Notes: generated from the sequence alone by a model not told the origin. A stretch of DNA of 64,000 nt from an uncultured Actinomycetes bacterium (GCA_963704725.1 OY969934.1:1504001-1568000); one strand, 5' to 3'; counted from the first letter of the stretch, positions 25,043 through 34,526 are shown. Made by a program: numbers and translations.

Positions 25043-25918
25043 ATGCGCATCCCCTTCCGCCTCGTCGACGTCTTCACGCCGCGGCCGCTCGCCGGCAACC
25101 AGCTCTGCGTGGTGCCCGAGCCCGTCGACCTGGACGAAGCGGCCATGCTCGCGCTGGCCGGCGAGATCGGCTTCTCGGAGACGACGTTCGTCACGGAGGC
25201 CGCCGGCGCCCGCTACGCGATGCGGATCTTCACGCCCGATCGCGAGCTGCCCTTCGCAGGGCATCCCACGCTCGGCACCGCGTACGTGATGGTGAGCGAA
25301 GGGCGGGTGTCGTCGCCGGCGACGCAGGTCGTGCCCGCCGGGGAGATCCCCGTCCAGGTCGACGTCGCGGCCGGCATGGCCTGGATGACCCAGCTCCCGC
25401 CCGAGTTCGGGCCGGAGTTCGGGGACCGGGAGCTGCTCGCCCGGGCCACGGGCCTGGAGCCCGCGGACCTCCGAGACGACCTCCCCGTGCAGACGGTGTC
25501 GACCGGACTGCCTCCGCTGATCGTCCCGGTCCGTGACCTCGACACCCTCCGGCGCGCTCGGATCGACCTTCCCGCGGTGGCCGAGGCGTGCGAGCGATCG
25601 GGGGGCGACGAGCTCTACCTGTTCGCGGTGCACGACGGCGGTGTGACCGCGCGGTTCTTCGGACCGACGCACGCCATCGTGGAGGACCCGGCCACCGGCT
25701 CTGCCGCGGGGCCGCTGGGGGCGTACCTCGCCAGGCACGGCCTCGCCGGGATGCCGGGGGCCGTGCTGATCCGTCAGGGGGAGCAGGTGGGGCGCCCCAG
25801 CGAGCTGCACGTGGAGGTCGAGCCGGCCGGCGACACGTTCCGCGTGCGGGTCGGCGGCGGCGTTCACGTGGTCGGCGAGGGAGCGTTCACGCTGTGGGCA
25901 GGGCGTTCGCGGGCCTGA
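25043..25918 (+). CDS. PhzF family isomerase/epimerase
   Basis: VDVFT...GNQL, SETTFV, RIFTP.RELPFAGHPTLG, EDPATGSA and QGEQVGRPS motifs. Confidence 0.93.
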   Translation: MRIPFRLVDVFTPRPLAGNQLCVVPEPVDLDEAAMLALAGEIGFSETTFVTEAAGARYAMRIFTPDRELPFAGHPTLGTAYVMVSEGRVSSPATQVVPAGEIPVQVDVAAGMAWMTQLPPEFGPEFGDRELLARATGLEPADLRDDLPVQTVSTGLPPLIVPVRDLDTLRRARIDLPAVAEACERSGGDELYLFAVHDGGVTARFFGPTHAIVEDPATGSAAGPLGAYLARHGLAGMPGAVLIRQGEQVGRPSELHVEVEPAGDTFRVRVGGGVHVVGEGAFTLWAGRSRA

Positions 25919-25951
25919 CGGATCGCGCAGGCGCGCGATACTGTCAGCGCC

Positions 25952-26359
25952 GTGCGCGTCCGGGTCGTGGTCTTGCTCGTGCTGATCGCGGGCAGCCTTG
26001 CGTGGGTCGGCTCGAGGGCGCTCAACGGAAGCCTCGTCTACTACGTCACGCCGACCGAGCTCCTCCAGCAGCAACCGACCCCCGGCGAGCGACTCCGTCT
26101 CGGCGCCCAGGTCGTGCCCGGCTCGGTCCGCGAGGTGGACGGTGCGCTCGACTTCGTCGTGACCGACGGCACGACGCGGATGTCCGTGGTCCACCGGGGC
26201 GGCACCCCGTCCCTGTTCCGCACCGGCATCGGCGTGGTGCTCGAGGGCACGTACGGCGCCGACGGCGCGTTCCACTCGGACACGATGCTCGTGAAGCACA
26301 GCGAGGAGTACCGGCCGCCGGCGCCGGGGCAGACCCCGTCGCCCGCGCAGGTCGGCTGA
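25952..26359 (+). CDS. ccmE: Cytochrome c maturation heme chaperone CcmE
   Basis: N-terminal TM, YYVTPTE, RLGAQVVPGSV, PSLFRTGIGVVLEG and heme-binding KHSEEY (HxxxY). Confidence 0.92.
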   Translation: MRVRVVVLLVLIAGSLAWVGSRALNGSLVYYVTPTELLQQQPTPGERLRLGAQVVPGSVREVDGALDFVVTDGTTRMSVVHRGGTPSLFRTGIGVVLEGTYGADGAFHSDTMLVKHSEEYRPPAPGQTPSPAQVG

Positions 26360-26360
26360 C

Positions 26361-28380
26361 GTGGTCTCGTTCGTCGGCACCGCCGCCCTGGCCGTCGCGC
26401 TGGCGTTGGCGGCCTACGGGGCCGTCGTCTCCGTGGTCGGCGCCCGCACCCACAACCCCGGCCTGATCGAGAGCGCCCGCACCTCCGCATACTCACTGTT
26501 CGCGCTGGTGGTCGTCGCGAACGTCGTGATGATGATCGGCCTGTTGTCGAACGACTTCTCCGTTGAGTACGTGGCCTCGAACTCGAGCATCGAGACCCCG
26601 ACGTTCTTCAAGGTGCTCGCCCTGTGGTCGGCGGACGAGGGCTCGCTCCTGCTGTGGAACCTGATCCTCGGCGGGTACCTCGCCGCGATGGCCTTCCGCT
26701 TCCGCCGCCGCCGACCCCAGACCTTCCCGTGGGCCCTCGCCGTGATGAACGTCGTGAGCTTCTTCTACCTGCTCCTCGTGCTCGGACCGACGACGCCGTT
26801 CGCGAGCCTCGACGCCGTTCCCGCGGACGGCCGGGGACCGCTCCCGCTGCTGCAGAACCATCCGCTCATGGCCGCGCACCCGCCGTTCCTGTACCTCGGG
26901 TTCATCGGGTTCACCGTGCCGTTCGCGTTCGCCGTCGCCGCGCTCGTCACGGGCCGTGTGAGCGACGAGTGGATGCGGATCACGCGCCGGTGGACGCTCG
27001 CCGCCTGGGTCTTCCTGACGATGGGCCTCGTGCTCGGCGCGCTGTGGTCCTACGGGGTGCTCGGGTGGGGCGGGTACTGGGCGTGGGATCCGGTCGAGAA
27101 CGTCGCCCTGCTCCCGTGGCTGACCGGGACGGCGTTCGTGCACTCGGTCATGGTGCAGGAGCGGCGGGGCATGCTGAAGGTCTGGAACCTCGCCCTGATC
27201 GTCGGGACGTTCTCGCTCACGGTGCTTGGGACGTTCCTCACGCGGGGGAGCATCCTGTCCTCGGTCCACACGTTCGCGCAGTCGATCGTCGGGTCCGATG
27301 TACCTGGGGTTCCTGACGATCGTGCTCGTCGGCGGGTTCGGGCTCATCGCGTGGCGGCGCGACGCGCTTCGATCGGAGGCCGCGTTCGATACGCCGCTGT
27401 CGCGCGAGAGCGCCTTCCTCGGGAACAACGTGCTGCTGCTGGTGGTGACGTTCACGGTGCTCGTCGGGACGATCTACCCGCTCCTGGCCGAGGCCGTCAC
27501 CGACCGCAGGGTCTCGGTGGGCGGTCCGTACTTCAATCGCAACGCCGCGCCGATGGCGCTCCTCCTGCTCCTGTTGATGGGGGTGGGGCCACTCCTGCCG
27601 TGGCGGGCGTCCTCCGCCGGCTCGTTCGCCAGGCGATTGCAGGTGCCGGCGTGGTCGGCCGCGGTCGCCGCCGTTGCGCTCGCGATCGCCGGCGCGGGAA
27701 CGGTGGCGATCCTGGTGTTCGGGCTGCTCGCGTTTGTCGCCGCGTCGACCGTCTCCGAGATGGTCCGGGGAGTGCGGTCGCATCACCGGGCGCTCGGCGG
27801 CTCGTGGCCGGCCGCCGCCGCCGGCGCGATGCGCCGGAACCGGCGCCTGTACGGCGGGCTCGTCGCGCACCTCGGGCTGCTCGTGGCGATCGCCGGGATG
27901 TCGTGGTCCGCGCTCGGCGACCGCGCGGGGGAGGTCTCGCTCTCGGTGGGCGAGCGCGCCCCGGTCGACGCGTATGTCCTTCGCCTGGACGACGTGGACA
28001 CGCGGCAGGAGCCGCAGCGGCGCGTCATCGTCGCCACCGTCTCGGTCCTGGACCGAACCTCGGGCGAGCGCGTGGTCCAGCTCCATCCGTCCCTGAACCT
28101 GTACCCGGCGTCCTCTGAGCCGATCGGCACGCCCTCGATCCGGGTGGGGACGCCCTGGAACGGCATGCGCGACCTGTACGCGTCCCTCGTCTCGGTGGAC
28201 GCGAGCGCGCGAACGGCCGCCTTCCGGTTCTTCGTGAACCCCGGCATCGGCCTGCTGTGGGCGGGCGGTGGCATCGCGGCGCTCGGCGGCCTCGTCGCAG
28301 CGTGGCCGTCGCGTCGGCGTGCGCGAGCCCCGGCCCTGCCCCGCCAGGTGGAGGAGCACCGGGAGGAGGTGCGCGTGTGA
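26361..28380 (+). pseudogene. ccmF: Heme lyase CcmF, split by a 1-nt frameshift at about 27291-27293 (real lesion or assembly error)
   Basis: LLQNHPLMAAHPP, WGGYWAWDPVEN and SVHTF lie in ORF 26361. The continuation PMYLGFL...SRESAFLGNN...SVGGPYFN...AHLG lies in ORF 27226..28380. Removing one G from GTC GGG TCC GAT G restores IVGPMY and a 672-aa protein. Confidence 0.88.
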
Positions 28381-28967
28381 GCCTCGACCTCGGCGAGGAG
28401 CCGCGGCGGGAGTCCCCGTCCCCGCGGCGGCACCGGGCCGTCGTCGTCGCGGCCGTGCTGGTGCCCGTGCTCGCGTTCGCCCTCCTGCTCGCGTCCGGTC
28501 TGGGCCGGGACCCTCGCGCGCTTCCCAGCGAGCTCGTGCACGAGCCGGCGCCGGACTTCTCCCTGCCGAGGCTCGGCGGGGGTGAGGACGTCGACCTCGC
28601 CTCGCTTCGGGGGCAGGTCGTCGTCGTGAACTTCTGGGCGTCGTGGTGCGAGCCCTGCAAGCAGGAGCATCCGGCGCTCCGGGCCGCCTGGGACCGCTAC
28701 CGCGACCGCGGCGTCGTGATGGTCGGGATCGACTTCGAGGACACCGCGCGCGACGCCCTCGCCTTCGCGGAGGCCAACGGTGGGGACTGGCCCCTGCTCG
28801 CGGACCCCGGGTCGCGGACGGCGATCGCGTACGGCGTGTTCGGCGTGCCCGAGACCTTCGTCGTCGCCGGCGACGGGACGATCGTCGCCAAGACGGTGGG
28901 CGCGGTCTCGTACGAGTGGCTGACCGACCGGATCGAGGCGGCCCTGCGCGAGGGGACGTCGTCGTGA
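28377..28967 (+). CDS. ccmG: Membrane-anchored thiol-disulfide oxidoreductase (CcmG/TlpA/ResA-like)
   Basis: TM anchor, VVNFWASWCEPC and YGVFGVPETF; located in the ccm operon. Confidence 0.85.
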   Translation: MSLDLGEEPRRESPSPRRHRAVVVAAVLVPVLAFALLLASGLGRDPRALPSELVHEPAPDFSLPRLGGGEDVDLASLRGQVVVVNFWASWCEPCKQEHPALRAAWDRYRDRGVVMVGIDFEDTARDALAFAEANGGDWPLLADPGSRTAIAYGVFGVPETFVVAGDGTIVAKTVGAVSYEWLTDRIEAALREGTSS

Positions 28968-29371
28968 CCGCCACCGCCAGAGCCTGGGCCCTCGTCGCCG
29001 TCGCCGTCGCCGTCGTGGTCGCCGCCGCGCTGCTCAGCGGGGGCGGCGCGGGAGGCACCACGATCGAGCAGCGGGCCCACGATGTCGCGTCGCAGCTGCG
29101 GTGCCCCGTGTGCCAGAACCTCTCGGTCGCCGACTCGCCGTCGGGGCTGGCCGGCGAGATGCGCTCGGACATCGAGGACCAGGTCCGCGCGGGCCGCACC
29201 GACCGGGAGATCGAGGACTTCTACGTCTCGCGGTACGGCGAGTGGGTGCTGCTCGAGCCCACCCGGTCCGGGCTGAACGCGTTGCCGTGGGCGCTGCCGG
29301 TCGCGGCGCTCGCCGTGGGGGTGGCGCTGTGGGTCCGTGTCGTGCGCCGCCGGCCGGGGGAGGAGGCGTGA
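28964..29371 (+). CDS. ccmH: Cytochrome c biogenesis protein CcmH
   Basis: LRCPVCQNLSVADS and RYGEWVLLEP motifs, with a C-terminal TM. Confidence 0.92.
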   Translation: MTATARAWALVAVAVAVVVAAALLSGGGAGGTTIEQRAHDVASQLRCPVCQNLSVADSPSGLAGEMRSDIEDQVRAGRTDREIEDFYVSRYGEWVLLEPTRSGLNALPWALPVAALAVGVALWVRVVRRRPGEEA

Positions 29372-30243
29372 ACGCCGCCCTGGCCGGGGCGAGCGTGGCG
29401 GCGCTCGCGCTCATCGCGGCCGCCGGCGTCGTGGCCGGGTTCCGGCGGCGCGAGCCGGTCCCCGTCGAGCCCGTCGAGGACCCCCTCGAGGATCGCCGGC
29501 TCGCGCTCACCCGCTCGCTCGAGGATCTCGAGGAGGTGCACGCGTCCGGCGCGCTCGACGACGACGGCTACGCCCGGCTGCGCCGGGAGACCGAGGGCCG
29601 CCTGGCGCGCCTGGTCCGCGCCATCGACGAGCGGCGGATCCGAGCCGCAAGCGAACCGGAGATCGCCCCGGCGGCCGCCCCGACCGCGCGAGCGCCGGGC
29701 CGCGTCCCGGTCTGGGCCGTCGCGACGCTCCTCGTGGCGACCGTCGGCGCCGTGCTCGTCGCCGGCCTGGCCCGCGATGCCCAACCGGCGGCCACCGCGG
29801 CCGGTCCCGGCGCGTCGACGTCCGACCCGCTCGCCTTCTTCGAACGCCGGGTCCGCGAGCATCCCGACGACCTGGCGGCGCGGCTCGACCTGGCGCATCG
29901 GTACCTCGACGCCGGGCGCATCGACGACGCTCTCGCCCAGTACACCGAGGCCCTGCGGCTCGACCCGGCCGATGCCGAGGCCCACGCGAACATCGGCCTG
30001 CTCCTGTACCTGGCCGGCCGGCCCGAGGACGCGCTGGCATCCGTCGACCGCGCGCTCGAGACGTCGCCCGACTACCCCGAAGCGCTGTTCTTCCGCGGGG
30101 TGATCCTGCTCCGAGGCCTGGACCGCCCCGCCGACGCGATCGAGTCGCTGCAGCGGTACCTCGACGCCGCCCCGTTCGGCGCGGAGCGCGCGACCGTGCA
30201 GCGGATGATCGAGCGGGCCCGGGCCGAGCTCGCGGACGGCTGA
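29368..30243 (+). CDS. TPR membrane protein, CcmI/CycH-like
   Basis: Two TM segments flanking a helical loop (LEDLEEVHASGALDDDGYARLR), then TPR repeats. Coupled to ccmH. Confidence 0.78.
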   Translation: MNAALAGASVAALALIAAAGVVAGFRRREPVPVEPVEDPLEDRRLALTRSLEDLEEVHASGALDDDGYARLRRETEGRLARLVRAIDERRIRAASEPEIAPAAAPTARAPGRVPVWAVATLLVATVGAVLVAGLARDAQPAATAAGPGASTSDPLAFFERRVREHPDDLAARLDLAHRYLDAGRIDDALAQYTEALRLDPADAEAHANIGLLLYLAGRPEDALASVDRALETSPDYPEALFFRGVILLRGLDRPADAIESLQRYLDAAPFGAERATVQRMIERARAELADG

Positions 30244-30362
30244 GCCGCCGGGTCGGTCCTGCGGCCCCGGTCGCGAACGGGTCGAGGCGCCGGTCGTTGC
30301 ACCGCGGGACGTTCGCCGGCGGGTACTCGAGATCCCTCGCCCCAGGAGCGGCGGAGCGGCGG

Positions 30363-30506
30363 CTACGTCGTGTCGCGGCGGGCGGCGACGGCCTCGGCCC
30401 GGCGACGGGCGTCGCGGGCGCGCACGAACAGGCGGACCGCGTAGCCCCCGAGGGCGACGCCCGTGAGGACGTACCCGGCGATCACGTACTCGAGGTTCTC
30501 GATCAC
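30363..30506 (-). CDS. ccmD: Small membrane protein, CcmD-like (47 aa)
   Basis: VIENLEYVIAGYVLTGVALGGYAVRLFVRARDARRR: one TM plus a basic tail. Start overlaps the ccmC stop after GGAGG. Confidence 0.65.
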   Translation of the reverse strand: MIENLEYVIAGYVLTGVALGGYAVRLFVRARDARRRAEAVAARRDTT

Positions 30507-31240
30507 ACCTCGACCTCCTCGAGCGCGCCGATCCTGGGCGAGAGCGCCTCGCGGGCGGCGCGCTCCTCGAGGCGTCCGACGCGCAGGCGCAGGGTCATGA
30601 GGTACGCGTAGGCGAGCGTGAACGCCGCGACGCCCACCAGCAGGGCCGCGAGCATCGTGCCGTGGATCTCCGGGCCGCCCAGGCGGACCACCGTCGGCCC
30701 CTGGTGCAGCGACCGCCACCACACCACCGACAGGTGCACGATGGGAACGTCGACGAAACCCACGATGCCGATGACGGCCGACCACCGCGCGCGGCGGGTG
30801 GGGCTCTCGGCGATGCGGCGCACGGCCAGGTAGCCGAGGTAGATCAGCAACAGCACCGCGGTCGTCGTCAGGCGCGGGTCCCACGTCCACCACGTCCCCC
30901 ACACCGGCTTGCCCCACAGGGAGCCGAGCGCGATCGCGAGCGCCGTGAACAGGACGCCGATCTCCGCCGACGCCGAGGCCGTCCGGTCCCAGCGGATCCG
31001 GCCGGTGCGCAGGTACGCGATGCTCGAGACGAACACGACGAAGAACGACAGGTACGCCAGCCACGCCGCCGGCACGTGGATGTACATGAGGCGCTGCACG
31101 TTGCCCTGGACCGCGTCGGGCGGCGCGACGGCGAGCGACAGCACGGCGCTCGCGCCAAGGGCCACCACGGTCGCCGCGCCGAGCACGCGCTCGCCGCTTC
31201 GGGTAGTGGCCTTGCCGAACCCGCGCGCCGCGACGTCCAT
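30503..31240 (-). CDS. ccmC: Heme exporter/chaperone loader CcmC
   Basis: YIHVPAAW, WWD motif WGKPVWGTWWTWDPRLT, and IVHLSVVWWRSLHQ. Confidence 0.93.
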   Translation of the reverse strand: MDVAARGFGKATTRSGERVLGAATVVALGASAVLSLAVAPPDAVQGNVQRLMYIHVPAAWLAYLSFFVVFVSSIAYLRTGRIRWDRTASASAEIGVLFTALAIALGSLWGKPVWGTWWTWDPRLTTTAVLLLIYLGYLAVRRIAESPTRRARWSAVIGIVGFVDVPIVHLSVVWWRSLHQGPTVVRLGGPEIHGTMLAALLVGVAAFTLAYAYLMTLRLRVGRLEERAAREALSPRIGALEEVEV

Positions 31241-31911
31241 CAATCCTCCATCAGCGATCCGAACACCAGTATGCCGATCGAGACGAACACGACGTCGAAC
31301 GCGCCGAGCAGGCCGAGCCACGACAGCGCCTCGCTCGCGCGTCCGGTCGTCGCCAGATCGGTGGCTCGCACGCCCGCGATCAGCACCGGCGTGGCCAGCG
31401 GCAGGACGAGCATCGGGAACACCGCCTCCCGGGTTCGGGCGGCCTCGGCGACGACCCCGAACAGCCCGCCCACCGCCGCGAGCCCCAGGCTCCCCAGGGC
31501 GAACGCGCCGGCGAGCGCCGCCGGGCTCCCGATCGACAGGTCGAAGAGCACGACGACGAGCACGAGCACGGCGGCGACGAGCGCGAACAGCTCGAGCACG
31601 ATCGCGGCGGCCTTGCCGGCGAAGACTGCCGCCTTGTCGACGGGGGCGAGGAGCAGGCCCTCCAGGGCGCCGTCCTCGGCCTCGACCTGGTAGGCGCGCC
31701 GCGCGGCCATCGTGCTGGCGAAGAGCACGGCCATCCACAGCAGGCCCGGCGCCGTGCGCTGCAGGACGTCGCGCCCGGGCCCGAAGGCGAAGCCGAACGC
31801 CACGAGGACCGTGGCGGCGAACGGCAGCAGCGTGCCGAGGGCGTGACGGCCCCGGACCTCGATGCGGAGGTCCTTGCCGGCGATCGCCAGCGCCTGGCGG
31901 AGGAAGGTCAC
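31240..31911 (-). CDS. ccmB: Heme exporter permease CcmB
   Basis: KDLRIEVR, APGLLW, EAEDGALEGL and PMLVLPLATPVLI motifs. Confidence 0.9.
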   Translation of the reverse strand: MTFLRQALAIAGKDLRIEVRGRHALGTLLPFAATVLVAFGFAFGPGRDVLQRTAPGLLWMAVLFASTMAARRAYQVEAEDGALEGLLLAPVDKAAVFAGKAAAIVLELFALVAAVLVLVVVLFDLSIGSPAALAGAFALGSLGLAAVGGLFGVVAEAARTREAVFPMLVLPLATPVLIAGVRATDLATTGRASEALSWLGLLGAFDVVFVSIGILVFGSLMED

Positions 31912-32585
31912 GGGACCTCCCGGACGATCCGCCCGCCCTCGACGTGGAGCTCGCGCGTGGCCAGGGTGTCGGGGACCGCGTGGTGGGTGGCCACGAGCGC
32001 GGTCCGACCGTCGCGGCCCGCCTCCCGGATCAGGTCGTCCACGGCGTGGCGGGCCTCGGCGTCGAGCCCGGTGTAGGGCTCGTCGAGCAGGAGCAGCTCG
32101 GGCCGGCGCAGGATCGTGCGGGCGACCGCGAGGCGCTGCCGCATCCCCTGCGAGAAGCCCCGGACGCGCTCGGCCGCGACCTCGAGGAGCCCGACCCGAT
32201 CGAGCGCGGCGTCGATGCGGCCGTCCTCGAGCCCGAGGAGGCGGCACCAGAACCGGAGGTTCTCCGCCGCCGACAGGTCGTCGTACAGGCGGGTGCGGTG
32301 CGACAGCAGCTCGGCCCGCCGCCGGATCTGCTCGCGGTCCCGGGCCAGGTCGAACCCGAGGACCGTGCCCCGGCCGTAGGTGGGGGAGAGCGCGGTCGCC
32401 ACGATCCGCAGGAGAGTGGTCTTGCCCGCCCCGTTGGGGCCGCGCAGGACGACGACCTCGCCGCGCTCGATCCGCAGGTCGGTGCGGACCAGGGCGGGAA
32501 CGACGCCGAACAGCCGCGTCACGCCGACGAGATCGACGGCGGAGGTGGCGGCACCGATCGACGTTCGGTCGGATGAGGCGCGCAT
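31908..32585 (-). CDS. ccmA: Heme ABC exporter ATPase CcmA
   Basis: Walker A GPNGAGKTT, signature FSQGMRQR and Walker B LLLLDEP; coupled to ccmB. Confidence 0.9.
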   Translation of the reverse strand: MRASSDRTSIGAATSAVDLVGVTRLFGVVPALVRTDLRIERGEVVVLRGPNGAGKTTLLRIVATALSPTYGRGTVLGFDLARDREQIRRRAELLSHRTRLYDDLSAAENLRFWCRLLGLEDGRIDAALDRVGLLEVAAERVRGFSQGMRQRLAVARTILRRPELLLLDEPYTGLDAEARHAVDDLIREAGRDGRTALVATHHAVPDTLATRELHVEGGRIVREVP

Positions 32586-32657
32586 CGGAGCCTCCGTACC
32601 CTACCGCGAGTCCACGCCGGCTCGGCCGGCGAGGCGCCGGCCGTAGAATCGTCCTCG

Positions 32658-32732
32658 CGGGATGTAGCGCAGCCTGGTTAGCGCGCGGCGTTTGGGACGC
32701 CGAGGCCGCCGGTTCGAATCCGGCCATCCCGA
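32658..32732 (+). tRNA. tRNA-Pro (TGG)
   Basis: CGGGATGTAGCGCAGCCTGGTTAGCGCGCGGCGTTTGGGACGCCGAGGCCGCCGGTTCGAATCCGGCCATCCCGA cloverleaf, with -10 TAGAAT at 32644-32649. Confidence 0.96.
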
Positions 32733-32910
32733 CCCCGGTTTGGGTCCATCCCCTTGACCGTGTGCGGCCGCAGGCCCGACACTCCCGCCGTGTCCGTGCC
32801 GCTTCCCCGGCCCTGCTCCCGGGTCCGTACCCGGGCTCCCTTCGAGCGGGCCGTGCCGCCCGCCGATGGTGCGGCCGGTCCCGTCACCGGCCGGAGGTAG
32901 CGTCGGCGCC

Positions 32911-33417
32911 ATGCGACTGCGCTCGACGTGTGAGGCACTCCCGGTCCCCACGGTCCGGCGCTTGCTGAGCGGCCTGCCGGAGGCCCGTGGGTTCGAGGTC
33001 GTCGTGAGGCCGCTCCGCTACCGCGAGAAGCCACATCTGGCAGCGCTCACGGACTTCGTGGACCGGACGATCACGCTCCAGGTTCCGGAGCCCTTCTATC
33101 CGTTCGGCGAGGTCGTCGCGTTCGGGGCCAAGCGCCGCCCCGGCCGCACCCTGCGCTTCATCTGGCTGACCGAGGGAGTCACGTTCCGAACGCCGCGGGA
33201 GGTGCTTCGCTTCCTGTACCTGCACGAGTGGATGCACTGGTATCTGAACCAGGAGAGCGGGCGGGGCACGTCCGCCGAGACCACCTGCGACAGGTTCGCG
33301 CTCGTCAACTACCGTCGCCGGAACGTCACGGCCGCCGACGCGGTCGCGTCGCTGCGCAGGACCGGGTCGGAGCCGCCCTCGGCCGCCGCCCGGATCGCCG
33401 CCCGCAAGCGGCTCTAA
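32911..33417 (+). CDS. Hypothetical protein with HExxH motif (possible minimal zincin)
   Basis: LYLHEWMHWY followed by AETTCDRFA. TAGCGT lies 7 nt before the ATG. Confidence 0.7.
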   Translation: MRLRSTCEALPVPTVRRLLSGLPEARGFEVVVRPLRYREKPHLAALTDFVDRTITLQVPEPFYPFGEVVAFGAKRRPGRTLRFIWLTEGVTFRTPREVLRFLYLHEWMHWYLNQESGRGTSAETTCDRFALVNYRRRNVTAADAVASLRRTGSEPPSAAARIAARKRL

Positions 33418-33605
33418 CCGTCCGAACGGATCCTTCCGGCCCTCGCCCGGCCGATCAGGAAGCCGATCACCCCGACGACGAGCGCCGAGGCCAGCGCGCA
33501 CGCGAGCGCGCGACCCCGCATCATGGAGCAGGGCTCGCAGTCGTCCTCGGTGGGGAAGTCGCTCGAAGGTTCCGCGCCGGACCGGTGTTGGATCGAGACC
33601 GCCAT
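33414..33605 (-). CDS. Small membrane protein with CxxC motif
   Basis: GGAGG 8 nt before ATG 33605. DCEPC is followed by the TM segment ALACALASALVVGVIGFLIG. Confidence 0.55.
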   Translation of the reverse strand: MAVSIQHRSGAEPSSDFPTEDDCEPCSMMRGRALACALASALVVGVIGFLIGRARAGRIRSDG

Positions 33606-33746
33606 GGATGCCACCTCCGTACCCCATGCAATCGCGCCGGGAGGGCGCCGACACGCACGAAGGGCCCTGGGCTCGAGGTCCGTTCGGCCTCAGGCGCCGA
33701 CGACGCGTCCCCGTGGCCTCACGGCTCGCCCCGCGTCGATCCGGCG

Positions 33747-34526
33747 TCAGCCGGGTGGGTCGCGCCGGCCGCTCTTCAGCCGGGCCAGGATCTCCTGATG
33801 CAGGACGCCGTTCGTGGTGAGCACGCTCCCGCCGTGCGCGAGCGGCGCCCCGTCGAATTGCGTCATCCGCCCGCCGGCCTCCTCAACCACGACCTCGATC
33901 GCCGCCCAGTCCCACGTCGCCAGCTCGGGCTCGAAGCACACGTCGGCCGAGCCCCGCGCGACGAGCATGTGCCCCCAGAAGTCCCCGAACGCCCGGTTGC
34001 GGCGGGCCTGCCGCATCAGGTCCAGCAGCGGGGGTCCGTGGTCGCTCTCGAGCCAGTCGGTGAGTCCCGCGTGCAGGATCGACGAGCGCCCGATCCGGTC
34101 CGCTCGGGAGACGGCGATCGCGTCGCCGTTCATCGTGGCGCCTCCGCCGCGCGCCGCCTCGTAGCGCTCGCCGAGCGCGGCCGCGTTCACGACGCCGAGC
34201 ACGGGCAGCTCGTCGACGGCGAGCGCGATCAGCGTGGCCCACACCTGGATCCCGTCCGCGAAGTTCCGCGTCCCGTCGATGGGATCGACGATCCACCTTC
34301 GCGAACCGCCGCCCTCCGAGCCGCCCTCCTCGCCGAGCACGCCGTCGGCCGGGTAGCGGGCATGGATGGCGTCGCGGATCATGGCCTCGATCGCCAGGTC
34401 GGCCTCGGTCACCGGGGTCCGGTCGACCTTCGTCCGCACATCGAACGAGCCGCGGAAGAACGAGAGCGCGATCCGGCCCGCCTCGTCGGCCAGCTCGCCG
34501 GCGAACGCGAGCTCCTCCTCGAACAT
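33747..34526 (-). CDS. hisN: Inositol monophosphatase family protein, HisN-like histidinol-phosphatase
   Basis: TPVTEADLAIE, GEE, WIVDPIDGTRNF, RAFGDFWGHMLVARG and WDWAA motifs. Confidence 0.78.
   Translation of the reverse strand: MFEEELAFAGELADEAGRIALSFFRGSFDVRTKVDRTPVTEADLAIEAMIRDAIHARYPADGVLGEEGGSEGGGSRRWIVDPIDGTRNFADGIQVWATLIALAVDELPVLGVVNAAALGERYEAARGGGATMNGDAIAVSRADRIGRSSILHAGLTDWLESDHGPPLLDLMRQARRNRAFGDFWGHMLVARGSADVCFEPELATWDWAAIEVVVEEAGGRMTQFDGAPLAHGGSVLTTNGVLHQEILARLKSGRRDPPG

Noticed and set aside
25043-25918. PhzF as evidence of phenazine biosynthesis
   Set aside because: No phzA/B/D/E/G genes are nearby, and stand-alone PhzF-like isomerases are widespread.
27281-27300. Programmed ribosomal frameshift or phase-variable tract in ccmF
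   Set aside because: There is no slippery heptamer and the G run is only 3 nt. An error or point indel is more parsimonious.
25952-32732. ccm cluster as an island integrated at tRNA-Pro
   Set aside because: The cluster lies on the 5' side of the tRNA, no tRNA-Pro fragment or integrase was seen, and its codon style looks like that of the core genes.
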